Source: an uncultured bacterium (GTDB taxonomy: Bacteria > Krumholzibacteriota > Krumholzibacteriia > LZORAL124-64-63). Taken from it: a stretch of DNA of 64,000 nt. How positions within the stretch are numbered: the first letter of the stretch is position 1; each line of letters starts with the position of its first letter. A program made the position numbers and the translations under genes. The stretch covers positions 236,790 to 300,789 of the forward strand of contig CAVSZB010000005.1 of assembly GCA_963732385.1 (NCBI GenBank). Reading direction: 5' to 3'. The notes beneath the pieces are model-generated. The model worked only from the letters and a program-made list of their open reading frames with translations, was not told where the DNA came from and did not search any database. This document shows positions 62,053 to 64,000 of the stretch, in pieces.

Positions 62053-63374
62053 GGTCCTCCTCCGCGTGCGCGCCGGCTCAGGCGCACCGTGCCGGCCGGC
62101 ATGATCGCCGTGGCGCGTCCGCGCGCCAGATCCCACACGCCGGTGCCCTCCGGCGTCTGCTCCGGGCCGACCGCCTCCAGGTGCGCGCCCGGCTCCGGGT
62201 AGCCCACCATCAGCCCCTCGAAGTTGCGCAGCACGGTGTGCGTCGGGCTGACCGACACGACATAGTTGGGCAGCAGCGGGATCTTTCCGCCGCCGTGCGG
62301 CACATCGACGCAGAACGTGGGGATGGCCAGGCCACTCACCCTGCCACGCAGATATTCCATGATCTCGATGCCACGGGATAGCGGCGTGCGGAAGTGCTCG
62401 ACCCCGCGCACCAGGTCGCACTGGAACAGGTAGTACGGCCGCACGCGCAGCCGCAAGAGACCTCGGCAGAGCTGCTCGATCACGCGGGGGTGGTCGTTCA
62501 CCCCACGCATCAGAACCGTCTGATTGCCGAGCGGGATACCGGCGTCGGCCAGTCGGGCGCACGCCGCGGCCGATTCCGGCGTCAGTTCGCGCGGGTGGTT
62601 GAAGTGCGTGTTGACCCAGAGCGGGTGGTAGCGGCGCAGCATGCGCACGAGTTCCTCAGTGATACGCATCGGCAGCGTCACCGGCGCTCGCGTGCCGATC
62701 CGGATGATCTCCACGCTCGGCACCTGGCGCACCGCCTGCACGACCCGTTCGAGCGCGGCCGTGGGCAGGGTGAGCGGGTCGCCGCCGGAGATGATCACAT
62801 CGACGATCTCCGGGTGCCGGACCAGGTACGCCACCGCCTGCCGCAGATGTTCCTCGGCGATGACGCCTTCGCGAGCGCCCGTCTTGCGCTTGCGCGTGCA
62901 GTGCCGGCAGTACATGGCGCACGCCGAGGTCGCCACCAGCAGCGCGCGGTCGGCGTACCGGTGCACCAGACCCGGCACCGGCATGTCGGCGTCTTCATCG
63001 AGCGGATCGTCGCGCAAAAATGGCGGGTCCCACAACTCCCGGGCATGCGGCAGGCTCATCTGGAGAATGGGGTCGGCCGGATCGCCGGGCCGGATGAGCG
63101 ACGCGTAGTAGGGCGTGATGGCGAACGGGAACCGGGCCGCCGCTTCGGTCAGGCCGGGCGGCGCCTGCACGCCGGGGAGGAACTCGCACAACTGCTCCGG
63201 CGTGCGCAGGCGGTTGCGCATCTGCCAGCGCCAGTCGTCCCACCGGGGGACATCCTGCAGATCGGGGCGCCAGGCGGCCGGCGCCACATGCGTGAGGTCG
63301 GGCAGAACGAACGTCGCCTCGGGTGCGGCGCCGCGCGCGCGCGCCTCGCACACCGCCATGCTGCGAGGTTTCAT
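62037..63374 (-). CDS. KamA-family radical SAM/PLP 2,3-aminomutase (lysine 2,3-aminomutase-like)
   Basis: FPFAITPYYASLI...VHRYADRALLVATSACAMYCRHCTRK (CxxxCxxC)...ISGGDPL...VDVPHGGGKIPL (PLP-Lys region). Start chosen at ATG 63374. The amino-acid substrate (Lys, Glu or Arg) cannot be decided by eye. Confidence 0.85.
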   Translation of the reverse strand: MKPRSMAVCEARARGAAPEATFVLPDLTHVAPAAWRPDLQDVPRWDDWRWQMRNRLRTPEQLCEFLPGVQAPPGLTEAAARFPFAITPYYASLIRPGDPADPILQMSLPHARELWDPPFLRDDPLDEDADMPVPGLVHRYADRALLVATSACAMYCRHCTRKRKTGAREGVIAEEHLRQAVAYLVRHPEIVDVIISGGDPLTLPTAALERVVQAVRQVPSVEIIRIGTRAPVTLPMRITEELVRMLRRYHPLWVNTHFNHPRELTPESAAACARLADAGIPLGNQTVLMRGVNDHPRVIEQLCRGLLRLRVRPYYLFQCDLVRGVEHFRTPLSRGIEIMEYLRGRVSGLAIPTFCVDVPHGGGKIPLLPNYVVSVSPTHTVLRNFEGLMVGYPEPGAHLEAVGPEQTPEGTGVWDLARGRATAIMPAGTVRLSRRARGGGPCASD

Positions 63375-63546
63375 GCTTTCCCGGCAACCCCCCGCCGTCC
63401 ACCCGGCGGCCGCGGCCGCCGCGCGTGTCAAAAGTGATTTCGCCGCGCGCCGCCGACGCCGCCGGTGGGATCGCCCAAGTTTGTCATAGATCCGGAAACC
63501 GATCGGATTCGAATCTGCGACAACCTTTGACGGCCAACCGTCCGCC

Positions 63547-63576
63547 TCGACCCGCGTCGCGCATCGCGATTATAAT
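63547..63576 (+). promoter_or_regulatory. Candidate sigma70-type promoter (TCGACC-N18-TATAAT)
   Basis: TATAAT at 63571-76 lies in an AT-richer intergenic stretch, about 120 nt upstream of GTG 63695. Confidence 0.3.
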
Positions 63577-63694
63577 CTTGGGGTTCCATGAATCAAGCGC
63601 AACATGCCCTTTCCAGTGGGGATTTTGAACTTTTCTTGCTCCTGAGACAATTTTGGCTGAAATTTGACTTTCGGACAGGAGAGGAGTCACGACG

Positions 63695-64000
63695 GTGCCT
63701 GCCTGTTTTTTCGTTTCCGACCTCCACGGGAGGCGCTCCCGTTACGAATCGCTCTTCGCCGCGATCGCGGCGGAGCGGCCGACGGCCGTGTTCCTCGGCG
63801 GTGATCTGCTGCCGCACGCGTTGGTGGCACCGCACGCGCCCGGCGGAGCTCCTCCGGATTTCAGCGACGACTATCTGGCTGTGCGATTCCTGCGCCTGCG
63901 CGACAGGCTCGGCGCGGACGCCCCGCGCGTTTTCGTAATCCTGGGCAACGACGACGCGCGCGCCGAGGAAACCACCATGCTCGCCGCGGCCGCACGCGGC
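63695..64000 (+). CDS. Metallophosphoesterase (calcineurin-like), N-terminal part; the gene runs off the window edge
   Basis: Hand translation from GTG 63695 (AGGAGAGGAG RBS) gives VPACFFVSDLHGRRSRYESLFAAIAAERPTAVFLGGDLLPH...VFVILGNDD. This contains the DxH...GD...GNxD motifs. Confidence 0.6.
   Translation, partial: MPACFFVSDLHGRRSRYESLFAAIAAERPTAVFLGGDLLPHALVAPHAPGGAPPDFSDDYLAVRFLRLRDRLGADAPRVFVILGNDDARAEETTMLAAAARG

Noticed and set aside
1-64000. CRISPR arrays, rRNA genes, and mobile elements (integrase, transposase, phage or plasmid genes, IS inverted repeats).
   Set aside because: I saw no regularly spaced direct repeats with unique spacers, no rRNA-like conserved blocks, and no ORF with integrase or transposase motifs. 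The only DNA-level tandem repeats are coding repeats inside two surface-protein genes.

Overview
This is a very GC-rich bacterial chromosomal segment. I read about 50 protein-coding genes from the ORF track, with starts re-picked by hand from RBS and signal-peptide evidence. I found no rRNA, no intact tRNA, no CRISPR array, and no integrase, transposase or phage genes. Three secreted proteins end in near-identical FlgD-Ig/T9SS-like C-terminal domains, and LVIVD and BNR-type propellers are present. Together these suggest an FCB-superphylum-like candidate lineage, but that is inference only.

Content in order:
- Window edge: a NuoF/HydB-like gene preceded by an unusual fusion of an aldehyde:ferredoxin oxidoreductase N-domain to a NuoE-like domain.
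- Secreted hydrolases: two paralogous M3 Dcp peptidases, an M14 carboxypeptidase, an M29 aminopeptidase, a patatin lipoprotein, an endonuclease I, and three signal-peptide metallo-beta-lactamase-fold proteins.
- A Thr/Met neighbourhood: thrC-DUF1015, a divergent MetY-like enzyme and an ApgM-family protein.
- A roughly 15 kb cell-surface block of giant repeat proteins and large polytopic membrane proteins.
- A glycyl-radical enzyme with its activase, next to metF.
- An arsenic/organoarsenical island: acr3, then divergently arsR, an arsP-like permease, a small thioredoxin, an ArsF-like protein, an ArsG/CcdA-like protein and yaiI.
- A tightly overlapping minus-strand operon: KamA-type aminomutase, Ddl-type ATP-grasp, ATP-grasp-GNAT fusion and MBOAT, facing an AlgJ/X-like SGNH protein.

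The candidates I consider most likely to be novel:
- the KamA/ATP-grasp/GNAT/MBOAT operon;
- the orphan glycyl-radical enzyme;
- a shared C-terminal WGxxKxx[FY]R tail on two small secreted proteins;
- the AFOR_N-NuoE fusion.

Two apparent gene disruptions are flagged: an in-frame TAG and a frameshift between a signal peptide and an L,D-transpeptidase body. Many very long ORFs in the track are antisense shadow ORFs typical of high-GC DNA and were rejected. All functional calls rest on motif recognition by eye, with no database search.
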